The notes: generated by a model not told the origin, from the letters alone. A stretch of DNA of 64,000 bases from Alphaproteobacteria bacterium (GCA_963667785.2 CAXXMU010000008.1:32001-96000); one strand, 5' to 3'; shown: positions 35,390-45,926, counted from the first letter of the stretch. A program made the numbers and translations.

Positions 35390-38300
35390 TCAGGCGATCT
35401 CCGCCTCCGCCTCCTCGACCAGCGGGTGGCTCAGCCGGGAGATCATCTCGCGCGGGCAGATCTGCCAGAAGTTGCCGATCTCCAGCGTCCAGTCGGCGAG
35501 CAGACGCTCGCTGTAGCGCGAGCGGGTCTCGGCATGATGCTCTTCGACCAGGGTGCGGCACTCGCGTTCCCAGTGGGCGCTGGCGATTCGCTGCCAGACC
35601 ACCGTGTCGGCGTTGACGCGCCGCTCGAACGTGGCGTCCGGGTCGTAGACGAAGGCCATGCCGCCGGTCATGCCGGCGGCGAAATTGTCGCCGACCGGCC
35701 CGAGGATTACCGCGACGCCACCGGTCATGTACTCGCAGCCGTTGGAGCCGCAGCCCTCGACCACGGCGCGGGCGCCGGAGTTGCGCACGCAGAAGCGCTC
35801 GCCCGCCTGGCCGGCGGCGAACAGCTTGCCGCCGGTCGCGCCGTAGAGAACGACGTTGCCGATGATGGTGTTCTCGTTGGAGACGAGCGGGCTGGAGGTC
35901 GGCAGGCGCACGACGATCGTCCCGCCCGAGAGCCCCTTGCCGACATAGTCGTTGGAATCGCCGATCACGACGATCTTGAGGCCCTGCACGGCCCAGGCCC
36001 CGAGCGACTGTCCGGCGGAGCCGCGCAGGCTGATGGTGAAGTAGTCCGGCGGCAGCCCCGACATGCCGAAGCGGCGGGTGAGCCGCGAGGAGAGCTTGGC
36101 GCCGATGGAGCGGTGGGTGTTCCGGATCGTGTAGGCGAGCTGCATCTTCTCCGGCACGTCCAGCGCATCGTCGGCGTCGCTGATCATCTGCTCGTCGAGC
36201 GTGCCGTGCACCTCGATCCGGCCCTGGCGCGTCGAGTGGCGGGGATGGCCGCCCGGATCGGCCTGGACCAGAAGCGGGTTGAGATCCAGATCGTCGAGAT
36301 CGGCGCTGCCGCGGCTGACCTGCCGCAGCAGGTCGGTGCGGCCGATGATGTCGTCGAGCGCCGTCGCGCCGAGAGAGGCCAGGATCTCGCGCACCTCCTC
36401 GCCGATGAAGCTGAACAGGTTGACGACCTTTTCCGGCGTGCCCTCGAACTTGGCGCGGAGCGTCGGGTCCTGCGTGCACACGCCCACCGGGCAGGTGTTG
36501 CTGTGGCACTGGCGCACCAGGATGCAGCCCATTGCGACCAGCGAGGTCGTGCCGATGCCGAACTCCTCGGCCCCTAGCATGGCGGCGATAACGACGTCGC
36601 GGCCGGTCTTGATGCCGCCGTCGACGCGCAGCGTCACGGTGTGGCGCAGGCGGTTCAGCGTCAGCACCTGGTGCACCTCGGCGAGGCCCATCTCCCAGGG
36701 CACGCCGGCGTACTTCACGCTGCTCTGGGGCGAGGCGCCGGTGCCGCCGTCGTGGCCGGAGACCAGCACCACGTCGGCCTTGGCCTTGGCGACGCCGGCG
36801 GCGATGGTGCCGATGCCGGCCTCGGCCACGAGCTTGACCGAGACGCGGGCGCGCGGGTTGATCTGCTTGAGGTCGTAGATGAGCTGCGCCAGGTCCTCGA
36901 TCGAGTAGATGTCGTGGTGCGGCGGCGGCGAGATGAGCGTCACCCCCGGCGTCGAATGGCGCAGCCGCGCGATCTCTTCCGACACCTTGAACCCCGGCAG
37001 CTGGCCGCCTTCGCCGGGCTTGGCCCCCTGGGCCATCTTGATCTCGATCTCGCGGCAATGGTTCAGGTACTCTGCCGTCACGCCGAAGCGCGCGGACGCG
37101 ATCTGCTTGGTCGCGGACGATGCGTTGTCGCCGTTCTCGCGCGGCTCGAAGCGCTCGCGCGCCTCGCCGCCCTCGCCGGAGCACGACGCCGCGCCGATCC
37201 GGTTCATGGCGATGGCCAGCGTCTCGTGCGCCTCCTTGGAGAGCGCGCCGTGCGACATGCTGCCGCTGCTGAAGCGCTTGCGGATCTGGGTGATCGATTC
37301 CACTTCCTCCAGCCCGATCGGCGTCCGCTCGTGCTTGAAGTCGAGCAGGCTGCGGACATGGATCGGGGGCAGCGCGTAGACGCCCTCGGCGTATTTCTTG
37401 TAGGTCGCGTAGGAATCGGTCGCGAGCGCCGACTGCAGCATGTGGATCAGCGGTCCGTCGAAGGCGTGCACCTCGCCCGAGCGGCGATACTTGAGGAGGC
37501 CGCCCACCGGCAGCACCACCGGGCTCTCCTCGTAGGCCTTGCGGTGCTGGTACAGCACGCGGCGCTTGATGCCGCTGAGCCCGATGCCCGAGAGGCGCGC
37601 CGTCATGCCGGGGAAGAAATCGGCGACCAGCGCCCGGCTGAGGCCGACGGCCTCGAAATTGTAGCCGCTCCGGTAGGAGCTCAGCACCGAGATGCCCATC
37701 TTCGAGAGGATCTTGAGAAGCCCCGCATCGACGGCGCTGCGGAAGCGCGCCTCGCAGTCCGCCAGGCTGCGCGTGCCGAAGAGGCCGCGCTCCTGCCGGT
37801 CGGCCACGCTTTCGAGCGCGACATAGGGGTTGATCGTGGTCGCGCCGACGCCGATCAGGACCGCGAAGTAGTGCACGTCCAGGCATTCGGCGGCGCGCAC
37901 GTTGATCGAGGTGAAGGTCCGCAGACGCTGGCGCACCAGGTGGCTGTGGACGCCGCCGGCCGCGAGGATCATGGGGATCGGCGCGCGCTCCTCGGAGACA
38001 TGCTCGTCGGTCAGGATCAGGTGGATCGCGCCGCCGCGCACTGCCTCCTCCGCCTGCCCGCGGATGCGCTCGATCGCCGCGGTCAGCCGGCCCGGGCCGG
38101 GCTCTGCGTCGAAGGTGCAGTCTATCCACACCGCCTTGTCGCCCAGTTGCTCGATCAGGCCCGCGAACTCGCCGTTGGTCAGCACCGGCGAATCGAGCTG
38201 CGGCAGCGTGGTCTGCTCGGGCTCGTCGGCGAAGATGTTGCCCATGTTGCCGAGCCGGGTGATCAGGCTCATGACGCTGTATTCGCGCAGGGAATCGATC

Positions 38301-39901
38301 GGCGGATTGGTCACCTGCGCGAACATCTGCCGGAAGTAGTAGTGCAGGCCCCGATACTGGCCGGAGAGCACGGCGAGCGGCGTGTCGTCGCCCATCGAGC
38401 CGGTCGGCTCCTTGCCGTCGTCCACCATGGGATGGAGCACCAGCTCGAGCTCCTCCATGGAATAGCCCACCATCCGCTGGCGGCGGCGGAGCTCGTCGCG
38501 CTCGAACATCCGCGGCGCCGACCGGCCGGCGACCAGAGCGCTGGCGTCGGTCACTTCGGCGGCCCACTTGCCGTAGGGCTTGGCGTCCGCGAGCATGTCC
38601 TTGATCTCGCGGTCGTGATAGAGGCGGCCTTCGGCGAGATCGACGCAGACGAGCTGGCCCGGGCCGAGGCGGCCGTTCTCGACGATTTCCTCCGGCGCGA
38701 GCGGGACCATGCCGGTCTCGGAGCCGACCACCAGCATGTCGTCGGCGGTGACGCTGTAGCGCATCGGGCGCAGCCCGTTCCGGTCCATCCCGGCGAGGAT
38801 CCAGGTGCCGTCGGTCGCGGCGACCGCGGCCGGGCCGTCCCACGGCTCCATCAGCCAGTTGCAGACGCTGTAGAAGGCGCGGTGGTTGGCGGGCATGTCC
38901 TGCTTCTTCGACCAGGCGTCGGGAATCAGCAGGCTGTATGCCGCCGGAACGGAGCGGCCGGCCCGGACCAGGCCCTCCAGCACCCCGTCGAGCGCCATCG
39001 AATCCGAGGAGTCCGGCTCGATCAGCGGAAAGAGCTCGTTGTTGTAGGCGCCGAAGACGTCGCTGGCGGCGCGCGTCTCGTGGCTCGCCATCCAGTTCTT
39101 GTTGCCGCGGATCGTGTTGATCTCGCCATTGTGGGCGAGCATGCGGAAGGGCTGCGCCAGCCGCCAGGTGGGGAAGGTGTTGGTCGAATAGCGCTGATGG
39201 AAGATGGCGAAGCGGGAGACGAAGCGCTCGTCCAGCAGGTCGGGGTAGAACGCCGAGAGCTGCTCGGCCAGGAACATGCCCTTGTAGATCAGGGAGCGGC
39301 TGGAGAACGAGCAGATGTAGAAGCCGTTGACGTGGCGGGCGAGGACCTGCTTCTCGATGCGCCGGCGGATGATGTAGAGGTCGATCTCGAACTGATCGTC
39401 ATCGACGCCGCGCTCGTTGGCGATCATGATCTGCTCGATTTCCGGCCGGCTGGCGTTCGCCTTCTCGCCGATCACAGACGAATCGATGGGCACCTGGCGC
39501 CAGCCGAGGATGGCGTGGCCGAAGTGCAGGACCTCGGTCTCGACGATGCTGCGGCAGATGTCCTGCGCGCCGAGGTCGGTCTTGGGCAGGAACACCATGC
39601 CGACGGCGAGCCGCCCGCCCCTGGGCCTCTGGCCGGTCGCCTCCACATGCTCCCGGAAGAAGTCCTGCGGGATCTCGACGTGGATACCGGCGCCGTCGCC
39701 GGTCTTGCCGTCGGCATCGACCGCGCCCCGGTGCCACACCGCCTTGAGCGCGTCGATGCCGGCCTCCACCACGTCGCGCCTGGGCGTGCCGTCGAGTGCG
39801 GCGATCAGCCCGACCCCGCAAGCATCGTGCTCGAAGGCGGGATCGTAGAGGCCGACGCCAGGGCCCGTCCCGCCGGGTCCGGCCGGGTGCCCGCTCCTCA
39901 T
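35390..39901 (-). CDS. gltB: Glutamate synthase large subunit
   Basis: EHDACGVG, HQRYSTNT, KMAQGAKPGEGGQLPG, CHSNTCPVG, C-terminal GXGXG repeats. Confidence 0.97.
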   Translation of the reverse strand: MRSGHPAGPGGTGPGVGLYDPAFEHDACGVGLIAALDGTPRRDVVEAGIDALKAVWHRGAVDADGKTGDGAGIHVEIPQDFFREHVEATGQRPRGGRLAVGMVFLPKTDLGAQDICRSIVETEVLHFGHAILGWRQVPIDSSVIGEKANASRPEIEQIMIANERGVDDDQFEIDLYIIRRRIEKQVLARHVNGFYICSFSSRSLIYKGMFLAEQLSAFYPDLLDERFVSRFAIFHQRYSTNTFPTWRLAQPFRMLAHNGEINTIRGNKNWMASHETRAASDVFGAYNNELFPLIEPDSSDSMALDGVLEGLVRAGRSVPAAYSLLIPDAWSKKQDMPANHRAFYSVCNWLMEPWDGPAAVAATDGTWILAGMDRNGLRPMRYSVTADDMLVVGSETGMVPLAPEEIVENGRLGPGQLVCVDLAEGRLYHDREIKDMLADAKPYGKWAAEVTDASALVAGRSAPRMFERDELRRRQRMVGYSMEELELVLHPMVDDGKEPTGSMGDDTPLAVLSGQYRGLHYYFRQMFAQVTNPPIDSLREYSVMSLITRLGNMGNIFADEPEQTTLPQLDSPVLTNGEFAGLIEQLGDKAVWIDCTFDAEPGPGRLTAAIERIRGQAEEAVRGGAIHLILTDEHVSEERAPIPMILAAGGVHSHLVRQRLRTFTSINVRAAECLDVHYFAVLIGVGATTINPYVALESVADRQERGLFGTRSLADCEARFRSAVDAGLLKILSKMGISVLSSYRSGYNFEAVGLSRALVADFFPGMTARLSGIGLSGIKRRVLYQHRKAYEESPVVLPVGGLLKYRRSGEVHAFDGPLIHMLQSALATDSYATYKKYAEGVYALPPIHVRSLLDFKHERTPIGLEEVESITQIRKRFSSGSMSHGALSKEAHETLAIAMNRIGAASCSGEGGEARERFEPRENGDNASSATKQIASARFGVTAEYLNHCREIEIKMAQGAKPGEGGQLPGFKVSEEIARLRHSTPGVTLISPPPHHDIYSIEDLAQLIYDLKQINPRARVSVKLVAEAGIGTIAAGVAKAKADVVLVSGHDGGTGASPQSSVKYAGVPWEMGLAEVHQVLTLNRLRHTVTLRVDGGIKTGRDVVIAAMLGAEEFGIGTTSLVAMGCILVRQCHSNTCPVGVCTQDPTLRAKFEGTPEKVVNLFSFIGEEVREILASLGATALDDIIGRTDLLRQVSRGSADLDDLDLNPLLVQADPGGHPRHSTRQGRIEVHGTLDEQMISDADDALDVPEKMQLAYTIRNTHRSIGAKLSSRLTRRFGMSGLPPDYFTISLRGSAGQSLGAWAVQGLKIVVIGDSNDYVGKGLSGGTIVVRLPTSSPLVSNENTIIGNVVLYGATGGKLFAAGQAGERFCVRNSGARAVVEGCGSNGCEYMTGGVAVILGPVGDNFAAGMTGGMAFVYDPDATFERRVNADTVVWQRIASAHWERECRTLVEEHHAETRSRYSERLLADWTLEIGNFWQICPREMISRLSHPLVEEAEAEIA

Positions 39902-41346
39902 GCCGCCGCCTCCCTCAGGGCGTTGCCTTCCGCCGCGTTCGCTTCGATGTAGCGGTGGATCGAGGCCGCGGCGTCGCGCCCGTCCTTGATGGCCCAGACG
40001 ACCAGGGAGGCGCCGCGCACGATGTCTCCGATGGCGAACACGCCGTCGAGGCTCGTCATCATGGTGCTCCAGTCGATCAACAGCGTGCCCCAGCGCGTCG
40101 TCTTGAGTGCCGGCTCGTCGAAGAGCGCCGGCAGATCCTCCGGATCGAAGCCGAGCGCCTTGATCAGCAGGTCGGCATCGATGGAATAGCTGGAGCCCGG
40201 TATCGGCTGCGGTGTCTGGCGGCCGCTCGCATCGGCGACGCCGAGATGGATGCGCACCGCGCGCACCCCTTCCACGTCGCTGTCGCCGAGCACCGCCTCG
40301 GGCTGCGACAGCCAGACGAACTCGACGCCTTCCTCCTCGGCGTGGCGCACCTCCTGCATCGAGCCCGGCATGTTGATGCGGTCGCGCCGGTAGAGGCAGC
40401 GCACCGACCGCGCTCCCTGGCGCACCGCCGTGCGCACGCAGTCCATCGCCGTGTCGCCGCCGCCGACGACCACGACGTCCTTGCGGCGGGCGTCGAGGGT
40501 GCCGTCGTCGAAGGCCGGCACCGCATCGCCCAGTCCCTTGCGGTTGCTCGCCGTGAGGTAGTCCATCGCCTGGAAGATGTTGCCGAGGCCGATCCCCGGC
40601 ACGCTCATGTCGCGGGCCTTGTAGGCGCCGGTCGCGATCACCACGGCATCGTGCCGCTCGCGCAGTTCGGCGAGCGACACGTCGCGCCCGACCTCGACGT
40701 TGAGGTGGAAGCTGACGCCGCCGTCGATCAGCAGGTCGGCGCGGCGCTGGACGATGGATTTTTCCAGCTTGAAGTTGGGAATGCCGTAGATCAGCAGGCC
40801 GCCGACGCGGTCGTAGCGGTCGTAGATGTGCGCCTGATAGCCGAGGCGGCGCAGCTCTTCGGCGACCGTCATTCCGCCGGGGCCGGCGCCGACGATGCCC
40901 ACCGACTGCGGCCGCTCGGCCCGGGGGCGCGGCGGCTGGACCCAGCCGTTGTTGAACGCGGTGTCGGTGATGTAGCGCTCCACGGCGCCGATGGTGACCG
41001 AGCTGAATCCCTTCTCGATCACGCAGTTGCCTTCGCAGAGGCGATCCTGCGGGCAGATGCGGCCGCAGATCTCCGGCATGTTGTTGGTCGCCGACGAGAT
41101 CTCGTACGCCTCTTCCAGCCGCCCTTCCGCGGTCAGCATCAGCCAGTCGGGGATGTTGTTCGAAACCGGACAGTGAATCTGACAGAAGGGGACTCCGCAC
41201 TGGGAGCAACGCGCCGCCTGGTCGGCCGCCGCCTCGTGGCGGAAGTCGTCGTAGACCTCGCCCCAGTCGCGCCGGCGCAGCGCCGGCGCGCGCTTCTCCG
41301 GATGCTTCTGCGCGAGCGTCACGAACTTGAGCATGTCTGCGCCCAC
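39898..41346 (-). CDS. gltD: Glutamate synthase small subunit
   Basis: RCSQCGVPFC, GRICPQDRLCEG, GGGDTAMDC; GTG start after GAGGGAG. Confidence 0.95.
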   Translation of the reverse strand: MGADMLKFVTLAQKHPEKRAPALRRRDWGEVYDDFRHEAAADQAARCSQCGVPFCQIHCPVSNNIPDWLMLTAEGRLEEAYEISSATNNMPEICGRICPQDRLCEGNCVIEKGFSSVTIGAVERYITDTAFNNGWVQPPRPRAERPQSVGIVGAGPGGMTVAEELRRLGYQAHIYDRYDRVGGLLIYGIPNFKLEKSIVQRRADLLIDGGVSFHLNVEVGRDVSLAELRERHDAVVIATGAYKARDMSVPGIGLGNIFQAMDYLTASNRKGLGDAVPAFDDGTLDARRKDVVVVGGGDTAMDCVRTAVRQGARSVRCLYRRDRINMPGSMQEVRHAEEEGVEFVWLSQPEAVLGDSDVEGVRAVRIHLGVADASGRQTPQPIPGSSYSIDADLLIKALGFDPEDLPALFDEPALKTTRWGTLLIDWSTMMTSLDGVFAIGDIVRGASLVVWAIKDGRDAAASIHRYIEANAAEGNALREAAA

Positions 41347-41662
41347 GCGCTGTCTCCCTCGGGTCTTCGGGTCGCCGGCCAGCGCCGCTCGAAATGCCTT
41401 GGCGCCGCCCTTTGCGTCCACTATAGCCGCAAAGGCGCACTCACGCCATGGTTTTTCGCCTCAATAAGGCAGCCTCACTGTCTCAATGGCGACGGCCCGC
41501 ATTGGTCCATCCAATTGAGGCGCGTGCGGCACTCCCGTTCCTGCCGATTTTCGGGCCGGAACGGGACTTTATGCAGGGCGTGGCGTCCTGTCCCTGAACG
41601 GGCCGGCGATGGTATAAGCGCGGCGGCGGCGAGTCGGCCGCTACCGACGGAGAAGCGCGGCC

Positions 41663-42472
41663 GTGCCGTTCCTTCATATCGTCGTCCTCACGATCATCCA
41701 GGGCATCACCGAATTCCTGCCGGTGAGCTCCTCCGGCCACCTCGTGCTGGTGCCGCTCGTCACCGGCTGGCAGGACCAGGGGCTGGTGATGGACGTGGCG
41801 GTCCATGTCGGCACGCTGGCGGCGGTCCTGGTCTACTTCTGGCGGGATCTCGGGCAGATCCTCCTCGGCTGGCTCGGCGGGAAGTGGGGGCGGCGCGACC
41901 GGCGCCTCGGGCGCGCGCTGGGCTTCTACGTGGTGGTCTCGGCGGTTCCCGTCATCGTTGCCGGCGGCGTGATCTACGCGCTGGGGCACTCTGTGCTCCG
42001 CGACCCCGAGATCGTGGCCTGGGCGACCGTCGGCTTCGGCATCCTGCTCTACCTGGCCGATCGCATGGGCATGACGATCCGCACCGTCGAGCACCTGACC
42101 TTCGCCCACGTGCTCTTCATCGGCCTCGCCCAGGTTCTCGCCCTCGTGCCCGGCGCCAGCCGCTCGGGCGTCACCATGACCGCCGCCCGCTGGCTCGGCT
42201 ACGAGCGCCCGGCGGCGGCGCGCTTCGCGATGCTGATGTCGATACCGGTGATCGCGGCGAGCGGCGCGGTGGCCGGGTTCGAGGTCTGGCAGCAGGGCGA
42301 CCCGATCGTCTACGGCAGCGCGGGGCTCGCCGCGGCGCTCTCCTTCCTGGTGGCGCTGATCGCGATTGCCGGGTTGCTCGCCCTGATCCGGCGCGTGAGC
42401 TTCACCCCGTTCGTCATCTACCGCCTGGCTCTCGGCGGCGCGGTGCTCGTCTGGCTCTATTACTTGACGTAA
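41663..42472 (+). CDS. uppP: Undecaprenyl-diphosphate phosphatase
   Basis: QGITEFLPVSSSGH, PGASRSG. Confidence 0.95.
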   Translation: MPFLHIVVLTIIQGITEFLPVSSSGHLVLVPLVTGWQDQGLVMDVAVHVGTLAAVLVYFWRDLGQILLGWLGGKWGRRDRRLGRALGFYVVVSAVPVIVAGGVIYALGHSVLRDPEIVAWATVGFGILLYLADRMGMTIRTVEHLTFAHVLFIGLAQVLALVPGASRSGVTMTAARWLGYERPAAARFAMLMSIPVIAASGAVAGFEVWQQGDPIVYGSAGLAAALSFLVALIAIAGLLALIRRVSFTPFVIYRLALGGAVLVWLYYLT

Positions 42473-42504
42473 GGGAAGCGGCCGGCTCGCGGCCCGAGGG
42501 GGAG

Positions 42505-43506
42505 TCAGACCTCGCCCGCCGTCGCCGATTCGCTGCTGCCCCGGCGGTGGTCGCGCAGGTAGGTGGGCAGGATCAGCTCCGCCGCCGTCGCCTCGATGCC
42601 GAGCGCGGCGAGCCCGGGCGCATCCGGCGCGACGACGTTGTCGATCCTGAGCAGCTTCACCTGGTCCGGCGTGAGCGGCGGTGCCGGCGCGAATTGCGCG
42701 ATCCGGGAGAGAATGTCCGCTGCGAAGAAGGGGACCGGGGCGAACAGGGCGTTTCGCCCCGTCTCGCGCGCGACCAGCGCCATGAGCTCGGCGTAGCTGT
42801 AGACCGAGGGGCCGCCCAGCTCGTAGGTCTTGCCCTGCGCCGCCGAGTCGTCCAGCGCCCGGTGCGTCGCCTCGGCAATGTCGCCGACGAAGACCGGCTG
42901 GAAGCGCGTGGTGCCCGCGTCGAACTCGGGCGTGAGGAAGAGCCCGTCCAGCTTCAGCCGGGGCAGCCCGTCGAAGAACAGCGGCAGCACCGGCACCAGG
43001 CGAACGATGGAGGCGAAGCGGTTGAAGAAGTCGTCTTCCGGCCCGAACACCAGTCCCGGCCTGAAGATGGTGGCGGCGGGGAAGGCCTCCCTCATCGCGG
43101 CCTCGCCGGCAGCCTTGGAGCGCGCGTAGTCCGACGGCGAGGCGGCGTCCGCGCCGAGCGCGGACACGTGGAGCAGGCGGGAGACGCCGGCGTCCGCCGC
43201 CGCGCGGGCGATACGCTCGGCGGAGGCGACGTGGACGGCGTAGAAGGTCTGGCGGCCCCGCTCGTTGAGGATGCCGGTGAGGTTGACGACCGCATCCGCG
43301 CCGTCGACCGCGCGGCGCACCGACGCCTCGTCGCGCACGTTGGCCTGCACCGGCGCGATCTGCCCCACGTCGCCGCAGGGGCGGAGGAAGCCGGCGAGCT
43401 CCGGCCGCCGGGTCGCGACACGGATGCCGCAGCCCTCCTTCGCGAGCCGCTGGACGATGTGGCGCCCGAGAAACCCGGTGCCGCCGAAGATGGTGACGAG
43501 TTGCAA
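42505..43506 (-). CDS. Complex I NDUFA9-family NAD-dependent epimerase/dehydratase
   Basis: TIFGGTGFLGRH, GDVGQI, YARSK, FGPEDDFFNRF. Confidence 0.9.
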   Translation of the reverse strand: MQLVTIFGGTGFLGRHIVQRLAKEGCGIRVATRRPELAGFLRPCGDVGQIAPVQANVRDEASVRRAVDGADAVVNLTGILNERGRQTFYAVHVASAERIARAAADAGVSRLLHVSALGADAASPSDYARSKAAGEAAMREAFPAATIFRPGLVFGPEDDFFNRFASIVRLVPVLPLFFDGLPRLKLDGLFLTPEFDAGTTRFQPVFVGDIAEATHRALDDSAAQGKTYELGGPSVYSYAELMALVARETGRNALFAPVPFFAADILSRIAQFAPAPPLTPDQVKLLRIDNVVAPDAPGLAALGIEATAAELILPTYLRDHRRGSSESATAGEV

Positions 43507-43597
43507 GGCGTCTCCGCTCGCGCGCCGTTATCGGTGACGAGGCCTGACTATTAGGACAACGCGCCGCCCACGGCCAGAGAAAACCGTTTCTGCCGCG

Positions 43598-43626
43598 TTG
43601 ACATCGCCCGGCCTCGGGACTAGGCA
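43598..43626 (+). promoter_or_regulatory. Putative sigma70 promoter for a leaderless rnd transcript
   Basis: TTGACA-N17-TAGGCA ending 7 nt before the ATG; no SD. Confidence 0.5.
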
Positions 43627-43633
43627 GCACGCC

Positions 43634-44251
43634 ATGGCCTGCCACCTCCATCGCGGCGACCTGCCGCCGGGGCTCACCTTCGGCGATTCGGTGGCGATCG
43701 ACACCGAGACCATGGGCCTCGACCCGCATCGCGACCGGCTCTGCCTGGTCCAGCTCTCGCGCGGCGACGGTGACTGCCATCTGGTCCAGCTCCCGCCCGG
43801 CGAGGCGATCGCCGCGCCGCACCTGGCGGCGCTTCTCGGCGACGAGGCGGTGCTGAAGATCTTCCACTTCGCCCGTTTCGACGTCGCCGTGCTGGAGCAT
43901 GCGCTGGGAGTCGCGTGCGGGCCGGTCTACTGCACCAAGATCGCGTCCCGCCTCTGCCGCACCTTCACCGACCGCCACGGCCTCAAGGACCTCTGCCGCG
44001 ACCTGCTCGGCGTCGAGATTTCCAAGCAGCAGCAGTCGTCCGACTGGGGCGCGGACCGGCTCTCCCAGAGCCAGCTCGACTACGCCGCGAACGACGTCCT
44101 CCACCTGCATGCGCTGAAGGAGAGGCTCGACGCGCTTCTCGCGCGCGAGGGGCGGACCGCGCTGGCCGAGGCCTGCTTCGCCTTTCTGCCCCACCGCGCC
44201 CGGCTGGACCTCGAAGGCTGGCCGGAGGTGGACATCTTCGCCCACGACTAG
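43634..44251 (+). CDS. rnd: Ribonuclease D family 3'-5' exonuclease (short form)
   Basis: AIDTETMG, FHFARFD, SKQQQSSDWG, YAANDV (DEDDy). Confidence 0.88.
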   Translation: MACHLHRGDLPPGLTFGDSVAIDTETMGLDPHRDRLCLVQLSRGDGDCHLVQLPPGEAIAAPHLAALLGDEAVLKIFHFARFDVAVLEHALGVACGPVYCTKIASRLCRTFTDRHGLKDLCRDLLGVEISKQQQSSDWGADRLSQSQLDYAANDVLHLHALKERLDALLAREGRTALAEACFAFLPHRARLDLEGWPEVDIFAHD

Positions 44252-45369
44252 GGTATCGCCGAGCCTTCGCCGGAAAAACCTTCGCCGGCGCTGCCCACGA
44301 GACCGGCCTGCTCGATCCAAACGCGCTTCTCGGGATCGTCGACCACCGTCCCGATGCGCTGGCACGCCTTGCCGTGCGCGCCGAGGATGGCGACGGCGCG
44401 GGCCTCGTGCTCCGGCGGCACGATCGCGCAGAAGCCGATGCCCATGTTGAAGACCCGGTACATCTCCGCATCCGCGACCGCCCCCAGCCGCCGGAGCACG
44501 GCGAAGACCGGCGGCGGCGCGGGCAGCGCGTCGAGCCGCATGCCGACCGTCGCCTCGATGCGGGTCAGGTTGAGGAAGCCGTCGCCGGTGATGTGCGCCA
44601 GCGCATGCACCGGCACTTCGCTCTCCAGCAGGTCCAGCGCCTCGCGGACGTAGATGTGGGTGGGGCGCAGCAGCGCCTCGCCGATGGTCTCGCCGAGGCC
44701 GCCCGCGCTGTCGTCCGCGCCGAGGCCCGCATGCTCGAAGAAGACCCGCCGGGCGAGCGTCAGCCCGTTGCTGTGGATGCCGCTGCTGGCGATGCCGACG
44801 ATGCTGTCGCCGGGCCGGACATCCGCGCCGACGTTGACGGCGTCGAGATCGACGCGGCCGACGGCGGTGGCCGCGAGGTCGAATCCCGCACCGGGCACAG
44901 CCCCCCTGATCACGTCCCGCATCTCGGCGATCTCGCCGCCGGCGATGGAGACGCCGGCCAGCCGCGCGCCCTCGGCGAGGCCCGCACCGAGGGCCTCGAG
45001 CATCGCCGGCTCGGCCCGCTCCACGGCGATGTAGTCCACCAGCGTGATCGGCCGCGCGCCGACGCAGACGAGGTCGTTGACGTTCATCGCCACGCAGTCG
45101 ATGCCCACCGTGTCGTAGCGGCCGGTCATCTGCGCGATCAGCGCCTTGGTGCCGATCCCGTCGGTGCAGACGGCGACGCCGATGCCACCGAAGTCCACGA
45201 CACTCGCAAAGTAGCCGAGTCCCGCCCTGATGGAGCCGGGGCCGGCGTCGCCGGCGGGCCAGGTGGTGCGGACGTGGCGGACCAGGCCGGCGAGACCTGC
45301 GTCTATCGCATCGGCGTGGACGCCGGCGCCGTCATAATCCAGCGATGGCCGCTCCGGCGAGGGTGCCAT
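44248..45369 (-). CDS. purM: Phosphoribosylformylglycinamidine cyclo-ligase (AIR synthase)
   Basis: TDGIGTK, AMNVNDL, GGEIAE, SSGIHSNG, AHITGDG, FNMGIG. Confidence 0.92.
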   Translation of the reverse strand: MAPSPERPSLDYDGAGVHADAIDAGLAGLVRHVRTTWPAGDAGPGSIRAGLGYFASVVDFGGIGVAVCTDGIGTKALIAQMTGRYDTVGIDCVAMNVNDLVCVGARPITLVDYIAVERAEPAMLEALGAGLAEGARLAGVSIAGGEIAEMRDVIRGAVPGAGFDLAATAVGRVDLDAVNVGADVRPGDSIVGIASSGIHSNGLTLARRVFFEHAGLGADDSAGGLGETIGEALLRPTHIYVREALDLLESEVPVHALAHITGDGFLNLTRIEATVGMRLDALPAPPPVFAVLRRLGAVADAEMYRVFNMGIGFCAIVPPEHEARAVAILGAHGKACQRIGTVVDDPEKRVWIEQAGLVGSAGEGFSGEGSAIP

Positions 45370-45480
45370 GCGCGCTCTCTTCTCCATCTGCCCGCGGCGG
45401 GCATGAGCCTCGCCCATCGGCCGGCCGCCGGCAAGGCGCTTGCCCGCCCCCCGCCATGGATCGGCGCGGGTACCTCATCC

Positions 45481-45571
45481 CGTCATGCCCGGACTCGTTC
45501 CGGGCATCCACGTTCTTTGTTGCTGTCGAACGGACAACCCGTGGATGGCCGGAACCAGTCCGGCCATGACG
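45481..45571. repeat. REP/RIME-like palindromic element, copy 2
   Basis: CGTCATGCCCGGACTCGTTCCGGGCATCCAC...GTGGATGGCCGGAACCAGTCCGGCCATGACG. Confidence 0.85.
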
Positions 45572-45608
45572 GCCCGAGAGCATGGCGGCCCGAAAGTACA
45601 CTCCTTGA

Positions 45609-45796
45609 TGGAAGTGGGATTCGGCAGAGGGGGGGCATGCGGGATTTCGTGGGGTAGCGAGGGATTCCGCGGGGTCTGGCGGCCTCCATATCCCACTTCG
45701 CCACCGGCCTGCCTGCCGCGCACCGCTCGTCTCCGCTCTCGCTCATCATGCCGCCACCCTCGCACGTCCACCCCGCGCCCTGCACCGCACTATGGT
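45609..45796 (-). repeat. Dispersed non-coding element with AATCCC array, copy B
   Basis: Reverse-complement homology to 5678-5925 in two blocks. Confidence 0.7.
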
Positions 45797-45926
45797 GCGG
45801 GGAATCACCTTAGCGTCATGGTTGGGCGTGACGACGAGTTGGGGGCGTCAGGATTCGAGAAGGGGCGCGCCGGTACCGACACGCGCACGCGTCGGCGACG
45901 GGACCCTGGTCACACCGGCGATGCGC

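Noticed and set aside
35390-41440. Apparent 2016-aa GltB or GltD-GltB fusion
   Set aside because: The extra N-terminal ~510 aa is an off-frame reading of gltD; gltB starts at 39901, overlapping the gltD stop (ATGA)
43507-43633. tRNA gene that might be expected between the NDUFA9-like gene and rnd
   Set aside because: No cloverleaf or T-loop GTTCRA is visible; only promoter-like sequence
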